DNA from: Meiothermus sp.
GTDB taxonomy: Bacteria > Deinococcota > Deinococci > Deinococcales > Thermaceae
Assembly (NCBI GenBank): GCA_033762915.1
Contig: JANRLD010000042.1
Coordinates: forward strand, 64,001-128,000
Length of the DNA stretch: 64,000 nt
Direction of reading: 5' to 3'
Part shown: positions 9,427 to 17,350 of the stretch, piece by piece
How positions within the stretch are numbered: position 1 is the stretch's first letter
Layout of the letters: each line of letters opens with the position of its first letter
Position numbers and translations under genes: made by a program
The notes under the pieces: model-generated
Database searches by the model: none
What the model saw: the letters and a program-made list of their open reading frames with translations, nothing else
What the model was told of the DNA's origin: nothing

Positions 9427-10467
9427 ATGAAGCAGACCTTGGTCGTTTTGGCGCTCCTGTTGGGGGCGGCGCAGACGCAGGAAATACGGCTCACCGGGGC
9501 GGGGGCCACCTTCCCGCAGCGGCTTTACACCCAGTCGTACTTCCCGCAGTTCGGGCAGTTTTACGGCACAGAGGTAAGTTACCAAGGTGTCGGCTCGAGC
9601 CGAGGCATCGAGATGCTGGCCCAGCGTCGGGTCAACTTCGGGGCCTCGGACAGCCCAATGACCAATGACGAGTTGGCCCGTGCGCGCAGTGATAGCGGGA
9701 GCAACGTGCTGCACATACCCACCGCAGCTGGAGGGGTGGCGGTCATCTACAACCTGGCCGGGCTAACCGGGCTCCGCCTCGACGGCGAAACCCTGGTGGG
9801 CATCTACCTGGGCCGTATCGCCCGCTGGGACGACCCCGCCATCCGGCGCCTCAACCCCAACCTCGACCTGCCCGGCTTGAGGATCATCCCCGTGCACCGC
9901 AGCGGAGGCTCGGGCACCAACTTCATCTTCACCGCATACCTTTCCCAGGTCTCGGACGAGTGGCGGCGGCGGGTGGGGCGTGGGCGCGCCGTCGAGTGGC
10001 CCGTCGGTAGCGAGGCCGAGAGCACCGACGAGTTGGCCCAGACCGTGCGCTCGACGCCCGGCGGGTTGGGCTATATAGACCGTAACGCCATGCCACCCGG
10101 CACCGCGATGGCCGCCCTCCGCAACAGCTCGGGCAACTTCGTCGAGCTGACTACCGCCTCGGTCTCGAAGGCCGTGGAGGGCGTGGATGCTCCCGCTGAC
10201 TTGCGCCTGGCCAACCAGGTCGTCAACACCGACCACCCCCAGGGCTATCCCATCGTGGGCCTGACCTGGATCCTGATCTACCAAGAGCAGTCGCTCACCG
10301 CCAGCAGCCGCGATCAGGCCAAGGCGCTGGTGGAGATGCTAACCTGGATTCTGCTGCAGGGCCAGCAGTCCAACGGGTTTATGCGCTACGCCCCCCTGCC
10401 CAAGCTGATGGTCGCGCAGGCGAAGGCGCTCCTGGGTGGTGTGACCTTCCGCGGTAAAGCCCTTTGA
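9427..10467 (+). CDS. pstS: Phosphate ABC transporter substrate-binding protein PstS (orphan, divergent)
   Basis: LTGAGATFP, YQGVGSSRG, FGASD, HRSGGSGT, YPIVGLTW; signal peptide; GGAGG RBS. Confidence 0.88.
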   Translation: MKQTLVVLALLLGAAQTQEIRLTGAGATFPQRLYTQSYFPQFGQFYGTEVSYQGVGSSRGIEMLAQRRVNFGASDSPMTNDELARARSDSGSNVLHIPTAAGGVAVIYNLAGLTGLRLDGETLVGIYLGRIARWDDPAIRRLNPNLDLPGLRIIPVHRSGGSGTNFIFTAYLSQVSDEWRRRVGRGRAVEWPVGSEAESTDELAQTVRSTPGGLGYIDRNAMPPGTAMAALRNSSGNFVELTTASVSKAVEGVDAPADLRLANQVVNTDHPQGYPIVGLTWILIYQEQSLTASSRDQAKALVEMLTWILLQGQQSNGFMRYAPLPKLMVAQAKALLGGVTFRGKAL

Positions 10468-10521
10468 CCTGACGTCGTACCGGGAAAGAACATCGGCTGC
10501 CGAAGTGGGCCACTCCACTTA

Positions 10522-10635
10522 GAGCGGTTACCACGAGCCCTCGGTACGGCGGTTTTTGCCGTGCCGAGGGCAATACTCCGCTTTAGCGCACGCTTTAGCG
10601 CCGCACGGTGGGCGGAGTATTGGTTGGAAACGCGA
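10522..10635 (+). mobile_element. MITE-like repeat, type B, flanked by TA on both sides
   Basis: TA|GAGCGGTTACCA...TGGAAACGCGA|TA; hairpin CTCGGTACGGC-GGTTTTT-GCCGTGCCGAG; two CGCTTTAGCG units. Confidence 0.75.
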
Positions 10636-10837
10636 TAAAGTGCCCAAACCCCGCCAGGGGGGTTGCGCTAGCCCCGTTCCCAGTGTGGCGACGATGGCGT
10701 CCAGGATCTCCTTCACCTGTGACTCGGCGCGGCCCAGCGAGGGCAGCCCGCGGGCGGCCAGCTCGAGGTCATGGCCCTAACGTGGAAGGTGAGTGTCGGT
10801 GTAGTGCTTGCGAGGCAAGGAGACGACGTGAGCCTTA

Positions 10838-12403
10838 CTATCGCAGCCCGGCGACCTTGGCCAGCTCGATAATCGAGACGCTGCCTTCGGGGTCGGTGCG
10901 GTAGTCGTCGGAGGGCTCGCCTTCGTTGGCGGTGAGAACGTAGCGTCCGTCGGGGGTAAAGGTCAGCATGTCGGGCAGTGCGCCCACCGGCACGCTGGCC
11001 CGCACCGTGCCCTCGGCGTCCATGAAGACCACGCTGCCGGGGTCGGTTTTGACCGGGGCCTCGAGCGCCACCGCCACCAGCCCGTCCCGCACCGCTACGC
11101 TGTTGGGCGCACCCCGTTCGCGGAAGCTGACCGAGCGAATCAGACGCGGTTGGGCGGGGTTGGCGGCGTCTAGAATGTCGATGCTGCGGGTGTGCCCGTT
11201 CACCACAAAAACCCGCTTGCTGCGGGCGTCGTAGGCGGGAATCTCGGCAGCCCCCCGGTTGAACACGGGCCGCCCGTTCTCGGCGAAGACGTGGCGGCCC
11301 AGCAGGGCCAGTCTGCCCTCGCTGCTCACCTGCCAGAAGGCAGTGGAGCCACTGATTTCGTTGCCCACGATCAGCAGCGGCTGGCCGTTGGGGCTCTCGG
11401 CGGCGGGCACGAAGGCGAGACCCTCGGGGCCGAGGTCGCCGTTGTCTACGTAGTTGTTGGCATCAATGGCCTGGGCGAAGTTGCGGTTGATGGCGTAGTC
11501 GCGCAGCACCGGGGCACGGGGAATCGTAACATCAAAACTGAGGATGGCGCTCTGGCGCTCGAGGCCCAAAAATGCATACGTTCTCCCGCCAATCTTCCCC
11601 ACCACAACCCCTTCGGGCTCGGGGCCTTTGGCGGCGCTGCGCCCGTCGCGGGCGTTGGCGGAGTGGTTGGCGTTGAACTGCAGGGGGTTGCGGGCCAGCA
11701 CGGTGCGCTCGAGCAGGTCGCCTGAGTCCCAGACCAGTTGGCCCGCCGTGCTCCACACGCTGATCGAGCGCGACCCGAAGGCGTAGAGGGCACTGTAGGT
11801 GCTACCGCTCTGGCCCAGGGTTCGGGTCACTTGCAGCCGCGCCAAGGCGGTGCGCCCCTCGGCGTTAAAGCGGCCGGGATCAAGCTGGAGGTCGGCCACC
11901 CTGGCCTCCTCGTTGAAGCCGGGGTAGGCCCGGGCGTCGCCCTCGTTGGCGGTGATCAAGAAGCCCTGCGCCCCGAACGACACGTAGGCGATCGCGTCGG
12001 GCTGGTACATTCCCAGCACCGTGGCCGGGGCGATGTTGGCCTGGTTGTCGCGGTCGTTGACGTCAAGGCCGCTGCCGGGGCGGCTGTGGTCTTTGAAGCC
12101 CAGCGGCACCACGCTGGTCACGCGTCCGGCCTGGATGTCCACCACCGCCAGGGCATTGTTCTCCTGCAAGGTCACGTAGGCGGTGCGGGAGTTGGGCGAG
12201 ACCGCGATGTATTCGGGCTCGAGATCCTGGGCCACGGTGGCGTTGGGGCCGAAGATGCGAACCCCCGCTGCGACAAGCTGATCCTTGCGCTCGTTGAATG
12301 CTTTGAAGTCTGCCGTCACCGCAGGGCCCGGCTGGGTCTGCCCCAGCACCGCCAGCCCTCCCAGGAAGCCCACCAACGCCGTAAGAATCACAGGTTTTTT
12401 CAT
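10838..12403 (-). CDS. Secreted choice-of-anchor I family beta-propeller protein (alkaline-phosphatase-associated), apparently circularly permuted
   Basis: DLEPEYIAV, LQENNA, GMYQPDAIA, TANEGD, KGPEPEG, DLGPEG, NEISG, GAAEI, VGALPDMLTFTPDG, NEGEP; signal peptide. Confidence 0.85.
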   Translation of the reverse strand: MKKPVILTALVGFLGGLAVLGQTQPGPAVTADFKAFNERKDQLVAAGVRIFGPNATVAQDLEPEYIAVSPNSRTAYVTLQENNALAVVDIQAGRVTSVVPLGFKDHSRPGSGLDVNDRDNQANIAPATVLGMYQPDAIAYVSFGAQGFLITANEGDARAYPGFNEEARVADLQLDPGRFNAEGRTALARLQVTRTLGQSGSTYSALYAFGSRSISVWSTAGQLVWDSGDLLERTVLARNPLQFNANHSANARDGRSAAKGPEPEGVVVGKIGGRTYAFLGLERQSAILSFDVTIPRAPVLRDYAINRNFAQAIDANNYVDNGDLGPEGLAFVPAAESPNGQPLLIVGNEISGSTAFWQVSSEGRLALLGRHVFAENGRPVFNRGAAEIPAYDARSKRVFVVNGHTRSIDILDAANPAQPRLIRSVSFRERGAPNSVAVRDGLVAVALEAPVKTDPGSVVFMDAEGTVRASVPVGALPDMLTFTPDGRYVLTANEGEPSDDYRTDPEGSVSIIELAKVAGLR

Positions 12404-12423
12404 GCTGCCTCTCTCGAGCCTCG

Positions 12424-12454
12424 AGGCTATGGATGGAAGGTCAGGGCAGTGTCA
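12424..12454 (-). promoter_or_regulatory. Pho-box-like direct repeat plus -10 element upstream of the choice-of-anchor I gene
   Basis: Minus strand TGACA-N6-TGACC-N9-TAGCCT. Confidence 0.7.
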
Positions 12455-12498
12455 TCGGAGCTCCAGAGGGGACGCCGAACCCCGCACGCCAAAACTGA

Positions 12499-12587
12499 TC
12501 GCGTTCCCACCACTGCCTCCCTCGCAGCGGCAGGTAATGTACTCCCTACAGCAAAACCGTTTTCGGGAGTATGCGTGGGAACCGCTG
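12499..12587 (-). mobile_element. MITE-like repeat, type A, reverse orientation
   Basis: TCGCGTTCCCACC...CAGGTAATGTACTCCCTACAGCAAAACC...GTGGGAACCGCTG. Confidence 0.72.
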
Positions 12588-12646
12588 TGAGGTTGCACTG
12601 CCTATGATGCCCTCATGCCCGTTGGGGAGACCTTTGGCCCTCGGGT

Positions 12647-13783
12647 TCACACCAGCGTTCCATCGCAGTAGATCTTTCGACCCCTCGAGAAGCTCGCCCG
12701 CACTCGGGGGCAGTCGCCCTCCTCAACCAGAACCAGGTCTGCGCGCAGCCCCGCCTCGAGCCGCCCCCGATCCGCCAGGCCGCACAGCGCCGCGATGTTT
12801 TGCGAGACCAGCCTGACCGACTCGTGCAGCGGCAGCAGGCCCAGCCGTGGGAGCTTGAACGCACACTGCACCAGCGACGCGGGATGATAGTCCGCCGCTA
12901 ACCCGTCCACTACGCCGGCCTCGATTCCCTCGACCGCGCTGAGGTTGCCCGAGTGCGAGCCGCCCCGATAGGCGTTGGGTGCACCCATCACCACCCACAT
13001 GCCCCGCCGCTTGGCTTCCCTGGCGGCCTCCAGGTCCACTGGGAACTCGCTGATGCTGGTGCCCAAACCCGCCATCACGTCCACCTTCTCGGCGGTGTCG
13101 TCGTCGTGGGAGGCCAGGGGGACGTTCTTCTCCAGACAAACCCGCGCGACTTCCTGCGCGATATGCCAGGCCCTCGGCGCATCCCTGAGCGCCACCGCCC
13201 TCTCGCGGATGCCCTGCTCGGCCTCGGAGCCCCCACCGATCCACTTCGTGTAGTAGGAGACGTAGTGCTCGAGGTCGCGAAACTGCCCCTGTCCCGGCGA
13301 GTGATCCATCAGCGAGACCAGATGAATTTCATCCCTGGCCACCGCCGCACGCAGTATCGGCGCGGAGTTGGGCGTAGTCACCTCGAAGCGGGCGTGAACC
13401 TTGGTGTCCACCAGCAGCCCCGCGCGGTAGCGGTGAATATTCTCCACGATTTCCATGCCCTCTTGGGGGTCGCGAGAGCCCCAGCCCTCGATGAAGGAGA
13501 TCGAGGCATACGCTGTGGTGATACCGCTCCCGGCCAGCCGCTTGTCGAGCTCGTAGAGGGCCAGATCGAAGGGGAATCTACTCCCCGGGCGCGGCTGAAT
13601 CTCGCGCTCGAGCATGTCGCCGTGCATGTCAATGATGCCGGGAATGGCGGTGAGTCCACGCCCGTCCATCGCGCCGGCCACGTCGCCCTCGAGGATCGCG
13701 GCGATCCGACCGCCTTCGAGTTGTATTGAGCCGCGCTCGAGGATCTGATCGGGCAGGACGAGTTTAAGGTTAGTGATCCACAT
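12647..13783 (-). CDS. phnM: Alpha-D-ribose 1-methylphosphonate 5-triphosphate diphosphatase (copy 2)
   Basis: Starts MWITNLK like copy 1; PGIIDMHGD, DHSPGQGQFR, ASHDD, GGSHSGN; last gene of the C-P lyase operon. Confidence 0.92.
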   Translation of the reverse strand: MWITNLKLVLPDQILERGSIQLEGGRIAAILEGDVAGAMDGRGLTAIPGIIDMHGDMLEREIQPRPGSRFPFDLALYELDKRLAGSGITTAYASISFIEGWGSRDPQEGMEIVENIHRYRAGLLVDTKVHARFEVTTPNSAPILRAAVARDEIHLVSLMDHSPGQGQFRDLEHYVSYYTKWIGGGSEAEQGIRERAVALRDAPRAWHIAQEVARVCLEKNVPLASHDDDTAEKVDVMAGLGTSISEFPVDLEAAREAKRRGMWVVMGAPNAYRGGSHSGNLSAVEGIEAGVVDGLAADYHPASLVQCAFKLPRLGLLPLHESVRLVSQNIAALCGLADRGRLEAGLRADLVLVEEGDCPRVRASFSRGRKIYCDGTLV

Positions 13784-14000
13784 GGAGGTCAAGAGTCGAG
13801 GGTCGGGGGCGGAGGGTCGGGGGCCATAAGCGATGAGCAGTGAGCTGTGGGTGGCTGCCAAACCGCCGCTTCACTTAACATGGGTCGCTCCGGGGTCAAC
13901 TATTTGCGCTTGGGTCTGGCCAGCTTCGATCACCCGGAGTATCTCTTGCGTCCGGGTCGCCTACACACTTCACCGGGCCATCCGTCGCCGACCTCCGGCG

Positions 14001-14705
14001 CTACCCACTAACCGCGAACTCCTCCCCCCGCGCCTGAATCTCAATCCGGCTGTCCACCAGCCCGGCCACGTCCTCGGGGTGGTGGAAGATGCCGAGGATG
14101 CCGATGCCCCCGGCTTTGAGTTCGCCCAAGCGGGCGACCAGGGCGGCCCTGGCGGTCGCGTCCAGCGAGGCGGTGGGCTCGTCGAGGAGCAGCAGGCGGT
14201 TAGGACGGATCAGGGCTCGAGCGAGGTTGACCTTCTGCTGCTCGCCGCCCGAGAAGGTGGTGGGGTAGGCGGCCCAGAGTTCGGGCTTGAGGCCGAAGGC
14301 CTCGAGGGACTTGGTGGCCTGGCTCTCGGCTTGTTCTCGAGAGATGCCTGCGTGAAGCAGAGGCTCGCAGACCAACTCCAACGCGCTCGCCCGGGGGCGC
14401 GGCTTGAGGAACTGCGAGACGTACCCAATTTCGCTCCTTCGCAAAAACGCGATGTCCTCATCGGCAGATCGAGCCAGGTCTACGGGGCCGTGGCTCGAGG
14501 CATAGATCGCCCTGCCCGAGGTGGGTACGTAGCTCCGATAGACGCAGCGCAGCAGCGTCGACTTGCCCGCCCCGTTCGCGCCCGCTACCAGCTTGAACTC
14601 GCCCGCCCTCAGTTCAAAGCTCAGCCGCTCAAAGGCCAGCACTTCGCGCCCCAGGGCGTGGATCTGGAAGCGTTTGGTCAGGTGTTGGATCGAGAGTAGG
14701 GTCAT
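14001..14705 (-). CDS. phnL: C-P lyase system ABC-type ATPase PhnL
   Basis: GANGAGKSTLLR, IGYVSQFL, PTTFSGGEQQKVNLAR, LLLDEPTASLD, GIFHH. Confidence 0.9.
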   Translation of the reverse strand: MTLLSIQHLTKRFQIHALGREVLAFERLSFELRAGEFKLVAGANGAGKSTLLRCVYRSYVPTSGRAIYASSHGPVDLARSADEDIAFLRRSEIGYVSQFLKPRPRASALELVCEPLLHAGISREQAESQATKSLEAFGLKPELWAAYPTTFSGGEQQKVNLARALIRPNRLLLLDEPTASLDATARAALVARLGELKAGGIGILGIFHHPEDVAGLVDSRIEIQARGEEFAVSG

Positions 14706-14821
14706 ACGTGTTTGGTGATCAGAGGTAGGTGTGGGGCGAGGGCGAAAGGGGAGAAGGGTGGAGGCTCGAGGGTCTGAACTGGCTTTCACGGATCACCGAC
14801 CCCTGACCTCGTACGCCCCTC

Positions 14822-15430
14822 TCACCGCCCGTACTTCTCCAAGAACTCCTCGACGCCTCCGCGAAAGTCGCCCAGTCGCTCTCTCAGCAGCCCGTGGGGC
14901 CAGTCCCACCATGCCGTAGCTTCCAGCCTCTCGATAATGGATTTGTCAAATCGCAGGCGGATCGGCTTGGCCGGTACGCCGACCACGATGGTGTAGGGCT
15001 CCACGTCCTTGGTGACCACCGCGCCCGTCCCGATGGCTGCGCCGTTGCCGATGGTCACGCCCGGCATCACCGAGGCGTTGTGGCCGATCCAAACGTCGTG
15101 CCCAACCCGCACGGCGTGGTCGCGCCGCCACCGGAAGAACTCGAGGTCGTCCTCGCCTAGGTCGTAGGCGGCGGCGCGGTAGGTGAAGTGGTGCGAGGTG
15201 GGGCGCTGGATGGGGTGGTTGCCAGGGTTGAGCCGCACAAAGCTGGCAATCGAGCAGAACTTGCCGATGGTCGCGTAGATCACCTGGCTGTGCTGCATGA
15301 TGTAGCTGTAATCTCCGAGGCTCGAGTCGCTGAACTTCACCCCCTCGCCCAGTTCCGTCCAAACCCCGACTCGGGAGTTATGGACTTTGGCGGTGGGGTG
15401 AAGGGTTGGGGTTTCGGAGAGGGTTTTCAT
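14822..15430 (-). CDS. Hexapeptide-repeat acetyltransferase of phosphonate clusters (CatB/Vat-like)
   Basis: LGDYSY, IGKFCSIA, NPGNHP, HHFTYR, VGHDVWIGH, WWDW; lies between phnK and phnL. Confidence 0.88.
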   Translation of the reverse strand: MKTLSETPTLHPTAKVHNSRVGVWTELGEGVKFSDSSLGDYSYIMQHSQVIYATIGKFCSIASFVRLNPGNHPIQRPTSHHFTYRAAAYDLGEDDLEFFRWRRDHAVRVGHDVWIGHNASVMPGVTIGNGAAIGTGAVVTKDVEPYTIVVGVPAKPIRLRFDKSIIERLEATAWWDWPHGLLRERLGDFRGGVEEFLEKYGR

Positions 15431-15508
15431 AGGGATTTTTACGAGTGGTCGATGCCAAGCGGTCGGCTAAGGGCTTGGGGGGTCTCGCCGGCCGTCGGCA
15501 CCTGTTCA

Positions 15509-16327
15509 CTACAGCTTCGCGTGTACCAACTGCTGCGTGTACGGGTGCTGTGGGTCTTCGAGTATCTGGTCGGTCAAGCCTTGCTCGACCACGCTGCCGT
15601 CCTTCATCACCAGCACACGGTCTGCCAAAGTGCGGATCACGCCGAGGTCGTGCGAGACGATCAGCATGGTGATGCCCAACTCGTACTGAAGGCGCTTGAG
15701 GGTGTCCAGGACGAGGGCCTGTACCGACACGTCGAGGCCGGTGGTGGGCTCGTCGAGCAGGAGCAGGGTGGGCTCGAGCGCTATTGCCTTTGCGAGCTGC
15801 ACCCGCTGCTGCATCCCGCCGGAGAGTTTGAGCGGCGGGTCGTCCATTCGGCGGGTGGGGAACTCGGAGACCTCGAGGGACTCCCTGGCCGCACTTCGCA
15901 GGCTGCCGAAGCTGCGCTCGCCCGCCAGGATCAGCCGCTCGGCCACGTTGCCTGAGGAGGTGTTCTTCATCCGCAGGCCGAGGTGGGGGTTCTGGTAGAC
16001 GATGCCGATGTGCTTGACGCGCACCTGGCGGGTTTGGAAGCGGTCGAGGGTGAAGAGGTTGTTTTGCGGGTGCTCAGGGATCTTGAGGTAGTACTCGCCC
16101 GCGTCGGGCGGTTCTTGCAGATTCAGCAGCCGCAGCACCGTGGACTTGCCCGACCCGGACTCGCCGACGATGCCCAAAACTTCACCCGGATAAGCCGCGA
16201 GCGAAACGTCTTTGAGTGCGGTCACATTGCCGTAGGTCTTCCGCAGACCCGTGGCCCGAATGACGGGCCTCTGGGTGAGGAGCTGGGGGGGCTCGAGGGT
16301 GAGTGTCTGCATGGTCTTCCTCGCCAT
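15509..16327 (-). CDS. phnK: C-P lyase system ABC-type ATPase PhnK
   Basis: GESGSGKST, VYQNPHLGL, LSGGMQQRVQLAK, DEPTTGLDVSVQA, EDPQHPYTQQLV. Confidence 0.92.
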   Translation of the reverse strand: MARKTMQTLTLEPPQLLTQRPVIRATGLRKTYGNVTALKDVSLAAYPGEVLGIVGESGSGKSTVLRLLNLQEPPDAGEYYLKIPEHPQNNLFTLDRFQTRQVRVKHIGIVYQNPHLGLRMKNTSSGNVAERLILAGERSFGSLRSAARESLEVSEFPTRRMDDPPLKLSGGMQQRVQLAKAIALEPTLLLLDEPTTGLDVSVQALVLDTLKRLQYELGITMLIVSHDLGVIRTLADRVLVMKDGSVVEQGLTDQILEDPQHPYTQQLVHAKL

Positions 16328-17350
16328 CTACGGGTTCTTCGGGTTCGACCCCTCGTCCCAGCCCTCTGCGCGTGGGGGAGAGGGGGCGTTGCCGTTTTCG
16401 CCGACCGCTGACTGCTGACCGCCGACCTCTGTCCTTAAAAACCCCTTGATGTAAAACGCACCCGCGTCATCAAAGTACGTCGTCCCGATCCCCACCTTCT
16501 CGGCGGCCTTGCGGGCGTAGTCGGAGTCGGAGAGTTGGTATTTGGAGAGGCCGCCCTCTAGCGGGATCTCGGTCATGAACTTGTTTTGCACGCCCGTCTT
16601 TTCATCCGCCCATCCGCGCTGATCTTCGACCGCGAAGGGCACGTCGGTGAACTCGATGGGGCGAACCTCGGTGTGGGGTGGGACGGCGTAGAGGCGCTTC
16701 TCGCGGCCCGCGGAGAGCAGGGTCAGGTGCTCGGCCTGGTGGAGCTTGGGGGTGTCCCAGCGGGGGATGGGGCTGGGGGCCATCAGGTAGCGCCCGTTCA
16801 CCAGCACGGGGTAGTCGGCCCCGTGGGTGTTGGTACGGTAGCGTACCAGCGCCTCGTAGATGCCCAGCCACATCAGGGCGTACTCGGCATCGGCGTGGAG
16901 CTCCCGGGTCTTGGCGTAGCTGGGCTCGACGCGGGTCATCGGCTCGGGGACGGGGACTTGCAGCACCAGCACCTGGTCGCGGGTAAGGATTTCCTCGGGG
17001 ATGCGGTGGCGGCTCTGGATTAGGGTGGCCTCGAGTGCATCCGTCGTCGTCGGCACGCCCGCCATCCGGGCGATGAAGCGGCGCAGGTTGGCGGCGTTCA
17101 CTGAGTCATCGTCGCCCTGATCGATCACCTTCACGGTGTCCTGCGGCCCCACCAGCGCGAGGGTCACCTGAAGGCCGCCGGTGCCCCAGCCCCTGGCCAT
17201 CGGCACCTCGCGGCTGGCGTAAGGAACCTGATACCCAGGGATCGCAATCGCCTTGAGAATCTTCCGCCGCAGTTCGCGCTTGGCGAAGGCATCCAGAAAG
17301 GCGTAGGAATAATCCTGGCGCGGGTTGGTGAGTTCGGCCAGCGTACTCAC
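16328..17350 (-). CDS. phnJ: C-P lyase subunit PhnJ homologue with no cysteine residue
   Basis: KAIAIPGYQVP, GWGTGG, KVIDQG, IQSRHRIPE, PSPIP, AGREKRLYAVPP; GTG overlaps the phnI stop; Cys motif replaced by DEKTG...LSDSDYA. Confidence 0.93.
   Translation of the reverse strand: MSTLAELTNPRQDYSYAFLDAFAKRELRRKILKAIAIPGYQVPYASREVPMARGWGTGGLQVTLALVGPQDTVKVIDQGDDDSVNAANLRRFIARMAGVPTTTDALEATLIQSRHRIPEEILTRDQVLVLQVPVPEPMTRVEPSYAKTRELHADAEYALMWLGIYEALVRYRTNTHGADYPVLVNGRYLMAPSPIPRWDTPKLHQAEHLTLLSAGREKRLYAVPPHTEVRPIEFTDVPFAVEDQRGWADEKTGVQNKFMTEIPLEGGLSKYQLSDSDYARKAAEKVGIGTTYFDDAGAFYIKGFLRTEVGGQQSAVGENGNAPSPPRAEGWDEGSNPKNP

Noticed and set aside
10640..10830. Protein-like fragment (LELAARGLPSLG...EILDAIVATLG) next to a MITE; similar fragment at 5810-6050
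   Set aside because: Too short to assign; possible gene remnants
13790..14000. Gap between phnL and phnM as a hidden phnN or phnP
   Set aside because: Only about 210 bp with a short fragment (TQEILRVIEAGQ...) and no kinase or hydrolase motif
16500..16620. Selenocysteine or frameshift explanation for the missing PhnJ cysteines
   Set aside because: No in-frame TGA, and homology (E.., SDxDY) continues in the same frame
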